This document shows, piece after piece, positions 7,855-16,612 of a stretch of 36,476 bases of DNA. Location: the NCBI GenBank assembly GCA_024696325.1, contig JAILGY010000166.1:1-36476 (forward strand), given 5' to 3'. This stretch comes from a bacterium (GTDB taxonomy: Bacteria > Desulfobacterota > Desulfuromonadia > Desulfuromonadales > JAAYDE01). The notes beneath the pieces were generated by a model. That model searched no databases and had not been told where the DNA came from. It saw nothing but the letters and a program-made list of their open reading frames with translations. The translations under genes and the position numbers were made by a program. How positions within the stretch are numbered: position 1 is the first letter of the stretch; each line of letters begins with the position of its first letter.

Positions 7855-9644
7855 TACGGCCTGCCTTTCAAGCGAGGCCGTCGGACGCAGCCACCACCCC
7901 ACTCCACTTCCTGCATGCGGTCCCGATCATGATAGTCGGCCTGGGTGGGTGTATGATGAAAGGTTGGTTCATCCAGCCGCGCAGGCACCGCCGGCAAATC
8001 GTCAAGATGCACCACCTTGGGAGTGATGAGGATGAGACGTTCCATCCGTTTGGTACTCTTGCTGGTCGTCTTAAACAACCGCCCAACATAGGGAATGTGC
8101 ATCAACACCGGAATGCCACTGTCATTAACGGTCTTTTCTTCATAGGAGTATCCGCCGATCAGCAGGCTCTGACCAGTAGCGATGGTGGCCTGGGTATTGA
8201 TCTTGGTCTGCTTGATAGGCGGCAGTACACCGGAAGAACCGTTTGAACTGCTGCTGTCATTGTTATCCTGATCGTCCTGCACATTGACCGCCAGCTTGAT
8301 GGCCAAACTACCATCATTGTTATGCACGATATGCGGAGTCACCCGCAATACCGTACCTGCTTCCACCTTGAAGAGATCCACGGTTTCGTAACCCTGCACC
8401 TGAATATAGTAGGTACTGGTATTTTCCAGCGTAGCCTGGATGTTGTCGGCGGTCAGTACCGAGGGGCGTCCCAACATCCGTGCTTCTCCCTCCTCTTCCA
8501 AAGCCTGGACACGTGCCAGAAAGTAATCCATGCCATGCGTGTAGAGGGTCGAAATTGAAAGCCCCGGCCCGGAGAGACTTCCCGAAACCGGCAATTCGGA
8601 AATTGTCTCTGTAGAAGCGGATAACTCACCACCAGTGCTCCAACCGCCCTTGGCGGTACGATTGTTTGCTCCCTGATAGGTGATCCCCAGATCACGTTTG
8701 AAATTGGTATCAATATCCACGATCGCCGCATGAATCTCCACGAGTTCCACCGGTTTGTCCAAATCTGCTATGACCTTGGCATAGTAGGGCATCCGGTAGG
8801 AGGCGTCGTTGACCACTACGGCATTTACCCGTGGATCGGCCATGATGCTCACCGTACCTGCCGCCGAAGCTCCAGAATCCGCGGACGCGGCGTTCTCCTG
8901 TCCCGGGGAAGATTCTGCCTTCGCAGCATTGTCGGATTTTCCCCTGGAGGCCAATCCCTTGCCGCCCAGTTTGTCCACTGTTGCGGGATGCGATGAGGTC
9001 CGGGAAGCGCCCGTGGAAGGAGTTCCAGAGACCATGGCTTGCAGAATGCTTGCCACACCGGGAATGGTCACGCTCTTGTCCATGCTGTCCACCGTAATGT
9101 CTTCAGCCCAGGCATGTTTCAGCGGAAAAACCTTCATTTCAAAGGTGGATATTTGTGCCGCTTCAAGCGCCGCTGCCGCATTTTGAATCTGGGCGATGTA
9201 ATCGGGAGGGCCATTGAGCACGATCATGGCGCCGTTGGGCGCAAGATGAGGAGGCAACTGCGGCGAAAAAACCTCTGCGCGACGCAAGGCTTCTATCAGC
9301 TGCCTGGCACCCAGAACACGCGGCGTGATAAAGGCGCGCGTTGTGTTTGCCTCGTTGTAGAAGTGGATGGTTTTGCCCATCTGGTACCAGGCTACGTTGA
9401 AAGCGGCCTTCATCCCATTGAGAAAGGTTTTTTCCGGCACACTGGAAAAACGGCCGCTTACCTTGCCGACGAGATCGGGAGAAATCACCGCACCTAATCC
9501 CTGGGAGTTGGCAAAGTTCGCCAGTACCACAGCCAAATCTTCCTGTTCAGCATAGTACGTAAACGGCGCTCCTGCAGCAAACGTCACACTCCAGAGCAAC
9601 AGAAGGCCGAAAAAAAACGGCCGTTGAACCCGCTCGCTCACCAT
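7854..9644 (-). CDS. sctC: T3SS outer-membrane secretin SctC
   Basis: Signal peptide; FPLKHAWAED; ADPRVNAVVV; LVEIHAAIVD; PSVLTADN; GTVLRVTPH; SGIPVLMHIPYVGRLFK; ERLILITP. Confidence 0.97.
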   Translation of the reverse strand: MVSERVQRPFFFGLLLLWSVTFAAGAPFTYYAEQEDLAVVLANFANSQGLGAVISPDLVGKVSGRFSSVPEKTFLNGMKAAFNVAWYQMGKTIHFYNEANTTRAFITPRVLGARQLIEALRRAEVFSPQLPPHLAPNGAMIVLNGPPDYIAQIQNAAAALEAAQISTFEMKVFPLKHAWAEDITVDSMDKSVTIPGVASILQAMVSGTPSTGASRTSSHPATVDKLGGKGLASRGKSDNAAKAESSPGQENAASADSGASAAGTVSIMADPRVNAVVVNDASYRMPYYAKVIADLDKPVELVEIHAAIVDIDTNFKRDLGITYQGANNRTAKGGWSTGGELSASTETISELPVSGSLSGPGLSISTLYTHGMDYFLARVQALEEEGEARMLGRPSVLTADNIQATLENTSTYYIQVQGYETVDLFKVEAGTVLRVTPHIVHNNDGSLAIKLAVNVQDDQDNNDSSSSNGSSGVLPPIKQTKINTQATIATGQSLLIGGYSYEEKTVNDSGIPVLMHIPYVGRLFKTTSKSTKRMERLILITPKVVHLDDLPAVPARLDEPTFHHTPTQADYHDRDRMQEVEWGGGCVRRPRLKGRP

Positions 9645-10093
9645 CTGCCCCAGTTGTTCATGGAGGAAAAGCTGAATGGTGACGAATTGATACCCATTCC
9701 CTGCCCTGCTTCGAGCTGATGGCGCCACCAGACAAAATCATTCAGAAAATCCCGCGCCTCATCCGGAAAACAAGTTACATCGTTCAAAGGCACCAGACGA
9801 GTCAGGTGCAAATGACCATCCGCCACTGACAGTACCGACTTACGCTTTTTGCAGATGGCTACCACCTTTTGTGCACAACGTTTCAACAGCTCTTCAGCAT
9901 CGCTTTGCTCTTGAGGAAGAGGCCCCAGATCACCCCGCAAGACACCGGTTCTTCCCTCCGGCGAGAACAGTTCCATGTGAATATCTCCCTCCAGACGGAA
10001 ATGAAAGATTCCTTCCTGATCCGGCAGGGCGGCGTTCCAACCGGCCGCAGTGGTGATGGCATCAGCTGCCTGCTGCAAAGATATGGATGGCAT
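9638..10093 (-). CDS. Class I T3SS chaperone (CesT/SycE/YscB-like)
   Basis: 151 aa from ATG 10093 with GGAG SD; PDQEGIFHFRLEGD start and ARDFLNDFVWWRHQL C-terminal helix; occupies the yscB slot before the secretin. Confidence 0.8.
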   Translation of the reverse strand: MPSISLQQAADAITTAAGWNAALPDQEGIFHFRLEGDIHMELFSPEGRTGVLRGDLGPLPQEQSDAEELLKRCAQKVVAICKKRKSVLSVADGHLHLTRLVPLNDVTCFPDEARDFLNDFVWWRHQLEAGQGMGINSSPFSFSSMNNWGRW

Positions 10094-10288
10094 AGAAGCT
10101 CCACTGTTAACTTTTACAAAGGAAAGGTTGGAAAAAATCTCCCCAAAATATCCTGGATGATACTTTATTCCTCCGCTCAATTCCTGAAAATACCAAAATG
10201 CGTTCTGCTTCCAAAGAATGGGACATTTTTGCCGTTTAACGGTTCGGGCATTTTGGTGAAAAATTATTTGTAAAGTGGAAAATGATTA

Positions 10289-10304
10289 TGCCAAAAATAT
10301 GCCG
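10289..10304 (-). promoter_or_regulatory. Candidate sigma54 -24/-12 promoter for the chaperone-sctC...sctP operon
   Basis: Minus strand CGGCATATTTTTGGCA = GG-N10-GC, intergenic, about 195 bp upstream of ATG 10093. Confidence 0.5.
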
Positions 10305-10404
10305 CAGGCAAAAAGACGGCTGAAATTTCTGCGAGGAAAAACATCCTTTGAAAACAATATCTTGCTTTCTGCTTCTTTCGAAAAAATATGTACGAGATTG
10401 TGAA

Positions 10405-11538
10405 ATGAACATTTTGAAATGTTTGCAGATTGTGACAGGTGTGGCATTTCTGCTATGGAGTTTTTACGCTTGTGCGGAACCCGTGAAAAAGTGGCGGGTC
10501 ATCTATGTGGAAGGAGGCCCATACTCCGAGTTTCAGCAGACCCTGCGCGCCACCACCCAGAGTCTGGCACAACTGGGCGCAATCCGGAAAGGTGATGTGC
10601 CCATTCCAAAGAAGACACACGATAGCCGTCCCATGTGGGATTGGCTCTGCAAGCATGCCGAAGGCGATCAAATGGAATTTTTGCAGGATGGCTACTATTC
10701 GGCCAACTGGAGCAAGGAACTGCGTGCCCAGAACAAGGCTGCCATTCTCGAGAGGATCCGTACACGCAAGGATGTGGACATGATCCTCGCCTTTGGCACC
10801 TGGGCGGGAATCGACATGGCCACCGACGAGCATCAGGTGCCGGTCATGTCGATTGCGGTAACCGATGCGGTCAAGGCGGACATCGTTAAAAGTATCGAAG
10901 ATTCCGGACGCGATCACGTGCATGCGCTCGTGGATCCGGGACGCTACCAACGCCAGCTCACCATCTTTCATAATGTGTTTCACTTCAAACGTCTGGGCGT
11001 GCCATACGAAGATACACCCGAGGGACGTTCCCATTGTGCCTTCGACGAAATCGAGCAGAGCGCCCGCCAGCTCGGCATAACTGTCGTCCCCTGTGCCACC
11101 CAGCTCAATGTTCCCGACAAGGATACCAGCTTTCGGAATCTGAAAAAATGTCTGGAGACGCTCTCCACCAGTTCAGACGCCATCTATTTGACCATGTCGT
11201 CGGCTATGCAATGGCACCGCATGAAAGAGCTGCTGGAGCCATTGATTGATGCCGGCATCCCCTCCTTTTCCCAGCTCGGTTCTAAGGAAACCCGGCTGGG
11301 CGTATTGATGAGCATCTCCCAGAACGATTTTAAGCACGAAGGCATGGCCGCAGCCAAAGCGATCGTCAAGGTGATAGGCGGCGTCAAACCACGCGACATT
11401 TCTCAAATTTTTACCGGTCCTTTGGGGATGGCCATCAATCTGAAAATGGCGATGCTTATCGGCTGGGATCCGCCGCTGGAGGTGCTGACAGCCGTGGACA
11501 GTATCTATCAGGATCTGGCCAACGCTCAGGAAGAGTAA
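10405..11538 (+). CDS. Periplasmic binding protein (ABC substrate-binding-like, type 1 PBP), copy 1
   Basis: Signal peptide ending ACA-EP; DMILAFGTWAG, VTDAVKADIV, FKRLGVPYEDT, GVKPRDISQIF, AINLKMAMLIG motifs; 377 aa. Confidence 0.85.
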   Translation: MNILKCLQIVTGVAFLLWSFYACAEPVKKWRVIYVEGGPYSEFQQTLRATTQSLAQLGAIRKGDVPIPKKTHDSRPMWDWLCKHAEGDQMEFLQDGYYSANWSKELRAQNKAAILERIRTRKDVDMILAFGTWAGIDMATDEHQVPVMSIAVTDAVKADIVKSIEDSGRDHVHALVDPGRYQRQLTIFHNVFHFKRLGVPYEDTPEGRSHCAFDEIEQSARQLGITVVPCATQLNVPDKDTSFRNLKKCLETLSTSSDAIYLTMSSAMQWHRMKELLEPLIDAGIPSFSQLGSKETRLGVLMSISQNDFKHEGMAAAKAIVKVIGGVKPRDISQIFTGPLGMAINLKMAMLIGWDPPLEVLTAVDSIYQDLANAQEE

Positions 11539-11619
11539 GTGGCGGCGCGCACTGCCAGAGGGATTTACTTTTGCCGTTTTGATGAAAGTTTTTTCGATGG
11601 GAGTTTGCGAGGTTGTGAA

Positions 11620-12753
11620 ATGAACATTTTGAAATGTTTGCAGGTTGTGACAGGCGTGGTGTTTTTGCTGTGGAGCGTTTGCATCTGTGCGGAACCGGCA
11701 AAGAAGTGGCGGGTCATCTATGTGGAAGGCGGTTCCTACACCGATTATCAGCAAATCCTGCGCACTACCGCCCAGGGACTGGCCCAACTGGGCGCAATCC
11801 AGAAGGGCGATGTGCCCATTCCAAAGGAGACGCCTGATACCCGCCCCATGTGGGATTGGCTCTGCGAGCATGCCGGCGGTGACCGGCTGGAATTTTTGAA
11901 GGATGGCTACTATTCGGCCAACTGGAGCGAGGAACGTCGCGCTCAAAACAAGGCCGCCATTCTTGAGAGGATCCGCACACGCAAGGATGTGGACATGATC
12001 CTCGCCTTTGGCACCAGGGCCGGGTTGGATATGGCTACCGACGAGCATCAGGTGCCGGTCATGTCGATTTCGGTGACCGATGCGGTCAAGGCGGGCATCA
12101 TCAAAAGTATCGAAGATTCCGGGCGCGATCACGTGCATGCGCTTGTGGATCCGGGGCGCTACCAACGCCAGATTGTCATTTTTCACAACGTGTTTCACTT
12201 CAAACGTCTGGGCGTGCCCTACGAGGATACGCCAGAAGGACGTTCCGCCTGCGCCTTCGAAGAAATCGAACGCACCGCCCGTCAACTCGGCGTGTCCATC
12301 GTTCCCTGCGTTACTCAACTCCGTATTCCCGACAAAGAGACCAGCTTCAAAAATCTGCAAAAATGTATGGAGAAACTTTCTATCAGTTCGGACGCCATCT
12401 ATATGACCATCTCACCGGCCATACAGGGGAAACGCATGAAAGAACTGCTTGCACCGCTGATCGAGACCGGCACCCCCTCCTTTTCCCAAAGCGGTTCGGA
12501 GGAAACCCGGCTGGGCGTGCTGATGAGCATCGCCCAGAACGATTTCAGCCATGAGGGCATGGCCAGTGCCCAGGCAATTGTCAAGGTGCTGAACGGTACC
12601 AAACCTCGCGACATTTCCCAGATCTTCACCGGTCCTCTGGGAATGGCCATCAACCTGAAAATGGCGATGCTCATCGGCTGGGATCCGCCGCTTGAGGTGC
12701 TGGCGGCTGTGGACCGTATCTATCTGGATCTGTCCAACGCCCAGGAAGAGTGA
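11620..12753 (+). CDS. Periplasmic binding protein, copy 2 (tandem paralog)
   Basis: Colinear with copy 1, same length (1134 bp), offset by 1215 bp; own signal peptide and GAGG SD. Confidence 0.85.
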   Translation: MNILKCLQVVTGVVFLLWSVCICAEPAKKWRVIYVEGGSYTDYQQILRTTAQGLAQLGAIQKGDVPIPKETPDTRPMWDWLCEHAGGDRLEFLKDGYYSANWSEERRAQNKAAILERIRTRKDVDMILAFGTRAGLDMATDEHQVPVMSISVTDAVKAGIIKSIEDSGRDHVHALVDPGRYQRQIVIFHNVFHFKRLGVPYEDTPEGRSACAFEEIERTARQLGVSIVPCVTQLRIPDKETSFKNLQKCMEKLSISSDAIYMTISPAIQGKRMKELLAPLIETGTPSFSQSGSEETRLGVLMSIAQNDFSHEGMASAQAIVKVLNGTKPRDISQIFTGPLGMAINLKMAMLIGWDPPLEVLAAVDRIYLDLSNAQEE

Positions 12754-12759
12754 TTAAGC

Positions 12760-13109
12760 ATTTGACCATTTCACCGGCCATACAATGGAACCGTATGAAA
12801 GAACTGCTTACGCCACTAATCGAGGCAGGTACCTCCTTTTCCCAAAACGGGCCGGAGGAAACCCGGCTGGGCGTGCTTATGAGTCTTGATCAAAGCAGCT
12901 TCAAACACGAAGGCATGGCCAGCGCTGAAGCGATTGTCAAAGTGATGGATGGAGTCAAGCCACGCGACATTTCCCAGGTTTTCACCGGTCCTCTGGGGAT
13001 GGCCATCAATCTGAAAATGGCGATGCTCATCGGTTGGGATCCGCCGTTGGAGGTGCTGGCGGCAGTAGACCAATTTTATCAGGAAATTTCCAACGCACAG
13101 TATGAATAA
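12760..13109 (+). pseudogene. 5'-truncated third copy of the periplasmic binding protein
   Basis: Homology starts abruptly at ATTTGACCAT (equivalent to about 11186 of copy 1). It lacks about 260 N-terminal codons and the signal peptide, and has a 1-codon deletion (AGTSF vs AGIPSF). Confidence 0.8.
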
Positions 13110-13142
13110 AAAACGCTGCTTAGCACAAGCAAGGCAGCGTTT
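13108..13142 (-). terminator. Intrinsic terminator between convergent PBP and phosphatase genes
   Basis: AAACGCTGC...GCAGCGTTT inverted repeat; T6 run follows on the minus strand; may be bidirectional. Confidence 0.65.
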
Positions 13143-13185
13143 GAAAAAGTAATTTTTTATAACGCGTTTCCAGAAGAATACGTCC

Positions 13186-15156
13186 TCAGAAACGGCGAAA
13201 AGCAAAGATAGTAATGTCGTCGGACTGAGGCGTATCTTTGCGATACTTCAGCAACGCCGTATAGATGGCGGCAACCAGATCTTTTGAAGACGCTTTGCGG
13301 TTGTAGGCCAACAACTCCTCAATTCGTTTCTCTCCAAACAATTCCTTGGCACTGTTCATCGCTTCCGAAACACCGTCGGTGTAGAGCAGACAGATATCGC
13401 CTTCCACAAGCTGTGCCCGATGGGTGGCATAGACCATATCTGGCAGGGCACCCACCACCGGACCGCTGAGTTCTTCCAGCTTGCGCACCCCTTCATTATC
13501 ACCTTTCCCCGCAACCACCAGAGGCAGACAATGCCCGCCATTGGCGTATTCCAACGTGCCGGATTCCGGATCAAAAATCCCGATGAACAACGTGACAAAC
13601 ATACAGCTTTTATTGTTGGCGCTCAGGCAGCTGTTGACTTTGGTCATCACGATGCCGGGATCTCGTTCCTCTGTCAGAGCATAACGGATCAACTGCAGGG
13701 TCATCGCCATGAAAAGCGCCGCCGGTACGCCCTTGTCGGAAACGTCGCCCACCACCAGAGCCAGCCGTCCATCGTCAAGCAAAAAACAGTCATAGAGATC
13801 GCCGCCTACCTCTTTGGCGGGGACCAGAAGAGCTGCCGGTTCGCAAGGGATATCCGGCGAAATCTCTGGTAAAATTCCCATCTGGATCTCCTTGGCGGTG
13901 TTGAGTTCACTTTCCATCCGTTCTTTGGAAATGGTCATTTCCAGCAAGGCCCGGACATTTTTATGCAGAGCCCTGCCCAGGTAGGCAAAAGCGCTGGCCA
14001 GCTGCCCCACTTCATCCTTGCGTTCTACCGGCAGCCCATCTGCAAAGGCAGCGGAGTTTTGTACATTAAAGTCGGTTTTCGCCAGCACCAGCACCTTGCA
14101 AATCAAAAGCCGCAGAGGCTTGAACAGCCAGGAGGCAATCCCAAATGTCAGCAGGAGGGAGACGGAGAGAAGAACCAAAGTCAACAGCACCATGTCATTG
14201 GCCAGCTCGGCGGATAGCTTGTTAATATCGGCGTGCGGTATCGTAACAAACAGATACCAGTCCAACGACTTGAAATAGATAACCCGGTAGAGGATCTTGT
14301 CCTCAAGTTCCTGTATATCCAGGTTGTGCCAACGACGCGACTCGGCACGGGAGCGATAGCGTTGCATTGTATGAGGGGAGATCTGGTTGAGAAAAAACTG
14401 TACTTCTTCTCCACGGGAGGCCAGCGGCTGGCGAAGACCGTCTGTCAGTATGATGCCACTGTTCTCGAACAGTGTCAGAGCGTCGATTGTCTCCTGGGTC
14501 TTGCGAATGATTTCCTGACGGGCCTCCATTTCCTCGGTGGTAATATCAACTTCCATGGCCAGAGACAAAACGCCACCACGTTCCGGCACTGGCAGGAAGT
14601 AAACCAGTATTTCCCTGTGAGTGCCGCGCTCGAGATTTTCCTCTGCCCTTACCCGAAACACCGCAAAATCGCCTTCCGGTGACAGACTCTCCTTCTTGAG
14701 CAACGAAAAAAGGGGCCGTTCTTTGTAATCCTTCTGGTTGTAGGTAATACCAAGCTTCCTAAGCAGCGGCATACCCAGTAAAGAATGGCAATGACCACCT
14801 TCCTCGATAAAGACATCCATATATTGTCCCTCGCTGGAAAGTGATTGCTGGTGGAGTGACATCTCCCGCTGAAGCTCTCCCTCGCTGCTGTTCCAGGCGA
14901 TCCGCAGCAAAGCGGCGCTTTCCCTCAACTGCTTTTTGTACCACAGCACCTCACTGATGCGGTTTTTTAGGGAAGCAAGGTAGGCGGCATTGATACTGTC
15001 CTCCACGATTTGAGTCGTATCCTCCATAATCATCAGCCCATGTTTGTAAGCTGTGAAGGCCAGACGTTTGGTGGCCAGCCCGATGATGGGGATGGTTGAC
15101 AGTGCGATAGCCACAACAACCAAAATGATCAGTTTGCCACGCAATGAAAGATTCAT
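13186..15156 (-). CDS. Membrane PP2C/SpoIIE Ser phosphatase with periplasmic (Cache-like) and HAMP domains (RsbU/BtrU-like)
   Basis: TM1, about 290-aa extracytoplasmic region ending FKSLDWYLFVTIP, TM2, HAMP (RKDEVGQLASAF); intact VGGDLYD, GDVSDKGVPAALFM, YTDGVSEA and SDDIT motifs. Confidence 0.93.
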   Translation of the reverse strand: MNLSLRGKLIILVVVAIALSTIPIIGLATKRLAFTAYKHGLMIMEDTTQIVEDSINAAYLASLKNRISEVLWYKKQLRESAALLRIAWNSSEGELQREMSLHQQSLSSEGQYMDVFIEEGGHCHSLLGMPLLRKLGITYNQKDYKERPLFSLLKKESLSPEGDFAVFRVRAEENLERGTHREILVYFLPVPERGGVLSLAMEVDITTEEMEARQEIIRKTQETIDALTLFENSGIILTDGLRQPLASRGEEVQFFLNQISPHTMQRYRSRAESRRWHNLDIQELEDKILYRVIYFKSLDWYLFVTIPHADINKLSAELANDMVLLTLVLLSVSLLLTFGIASWLFKPLRLLICKVLVLAKTDFNVQNSAAFADGLPVERKDEVGQLASAFAYLGRALHKNVRALLEMTISKERMESELNTAKEIQMGILPEISPDIPCEPAALLVPAKEVGGDLYDCFLLDDGRLALVVGDVSDKGVPAALFMAMTLQLIRYALTEERDPGIVMTKVNSCLSANNKSCMFVTLFIGIFDPESGTLEYANGGHCLPLVVAGKGDNEGVRKLEELSGPVVGALPDMVYATHRAQLVEGDICLLYTDGVSEAMNSAKELFGEKRIEELLAYNRKASSKDLVAAIYTALLKYRKDTPQSDDITIFAFRRF

Positions 15157-15204
15157 GGCGATGTCTTCCGTTTCTGGGCAAGCAAAGTCTCCGGAGATTT
15201 GAAT

Positions 15205-16593
15205 TTAGCAGGCGTCATCATTTTTCCCCATGCGGAGCAGTTTCTTGCGCAGGCCTTCGCGGGTAATACCCAAAAGCGCCGCCGCCTGACTGCGGTTGCC
15301 AGCGACACGTTGCAGGATATTGAGAACATGGCGCCGTTCCATCTCCTGCAGGGTCAACATTTCATCCTTCTCTTCCGAAGATGTGCAAACATGCTCGGGA
15401 CGTTGCGTCTGAACGGCAGCAGGAGAGAATGTCTCATGCTCCTCCGATTCGGAAGCCGTAGCAAGAATACGCGGCGAAAGATCCGGAACCGTCACCAGTT
15501 CACCCAGTGTCAATGCTGCGGCACGCTCCATTTCATTGTTGAGTTCGCGCACATTTCCCGGCCAGGGATAGTTCAGCAGCAACTGACGCACTTCGGGAGA
15601 AAGCATCAGCCGGCTACGCCCCATCCGGGCGCAGTGCTGTTCCAGAAACATCTGCGCCAAAAGCAGGATGTCGTCGCCGCGCTCCGTCAGCGGTGGCAAA
15701 CGAATCTCCGCCACGTTGATCCGGTAATAGAGATCCTCACGGAATTTGCCAGAATGAGCGCTTTCCAAGAGCTCCACATTGGTTGCGGAAATCAAGTTAA
15801 TATCCAGCGCAATAGTCTTTGAGCCCCCCACCCGCATAATCTCGCGGGATTCCAGCGCTCTGAGCAATTTGGCCTGATTGGCCAATGTCATTTCACCGAT
15901 TTCGTCCAGAAACAGTGTACCACCGTTGGCCTCCTCCATAAGTCCCCTGCGAAAGCCAACGCCGGTTGCCACGCCCTTTTCAATGCCAAAAAGTTCACTT
16001 TCAAACAGCGAATCGGGAATTGCCGTGCAGTTGACAGCAATAAAAGGGCCTTCACGGCGTGGCGAATTGAAGTGAATCAGACGCGCCACTACCTCCTTGC
16101 CAGTACCGGTGGCACCCAGGATCAGGGTGTTGATGGGGCGGTTCGAGATGGAAAGAGCCATTTTTATTACCTTGCGCATAGCCGCGCATTGTCCCAGCAC
16201 TTTGCGAGGCTGCCACGTTTCCTGCACGGCGCGCATGAGGTTGGCGTTGCGTTGCATGAGCTGACGCTTTGCCGCTTCCAGTTCCGCATTGCGCGCCTGA
16301 AGCTCCTGCACCAGATCGGAACTGCGAAGCTCACGCCCTCCCACCTTGACCAGCATCATGCCAAAGGCTTCGGCCAGCCGTACCAGTTCCGGAGGACCCG
16401 CATCCTGGCGCGTGAAGCGAAACAGCTGGTCTTCGTTGGCGGGCCGTCCCCAGGCCAGATCATCGCAGAGGTTAATCAATGTATTGAACAGTTCATTGGA
16501 TTCATCGTTCTTGTTGCAAGCACCTCCAGCGGTTTTTGTTGGACAGGATTTATCCGTTTTACTTCCTTTGTTGCCGCTTTCACTTTCTTTCAT
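15205..16593 (-). CDS. Sigma54-dependent enhancer-binding protein (AAA+, Fis HTH), no receiver domain
   Basis: GATGTGKE Walker [57 protein letters not shown]; GVATGV replaces GAFTGA. Confidence 0.95.
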   Translation of the reverse strand: MKESESGNKGSKTDKSCPTKTAGGACNKNDESNELFNTLINLCDDLAWGRPANEDQLFRFTRQDAGPPELVRLAEAFGMMLVKVGGRELRSSDLVQELQARNAELEAAKRQLMQRNANLMRAVQETWQPRKVLGQCAAMRKVIKMALSISNRPINTLILGATGTGKEVVARLIHFNSPRREGPFIAVNCTAIPDSLFESELFGIEKGVATGVGFRRGLMEEANGGTLFLDEIGEMTLANQAKLLRALESREIMRVGGSKTIALDINLISATNVELLESAHSGKFREDLYYRINVAEIRLPPLTERGDDILLLAQMFLEQHCARMGRSRLMLSPEVRQLLLNYPWPGNVRELNNEMERAAALTLGELVTVPDLSPRILATASESEEHETFSPAAVQTQRPEHVCTSSEEKDEMLTLQEMERRHVLNILQRVAGNRSQAAALLGITREGLRKKLLRMGKNDDAC

Positions 16594-16612
16594 CGCCCGA
16601 TCCGATGTTTTT

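Noticed and set aside
10307-10322. Plus-strand GG-N10-GC (AGGCAAAAAGACGGCT) as a sigma54 promoter for the PBP genes
   Set aside because: Lacks the T-rich -12 context; plausible by chance.
11536-11619. Read-through fusion of PBP copies 1 and 2 (same frame, single TAA, open linker)
   Set aside because: Copy 2 has its own SD and signal peptide, and TAA is rarely read through.
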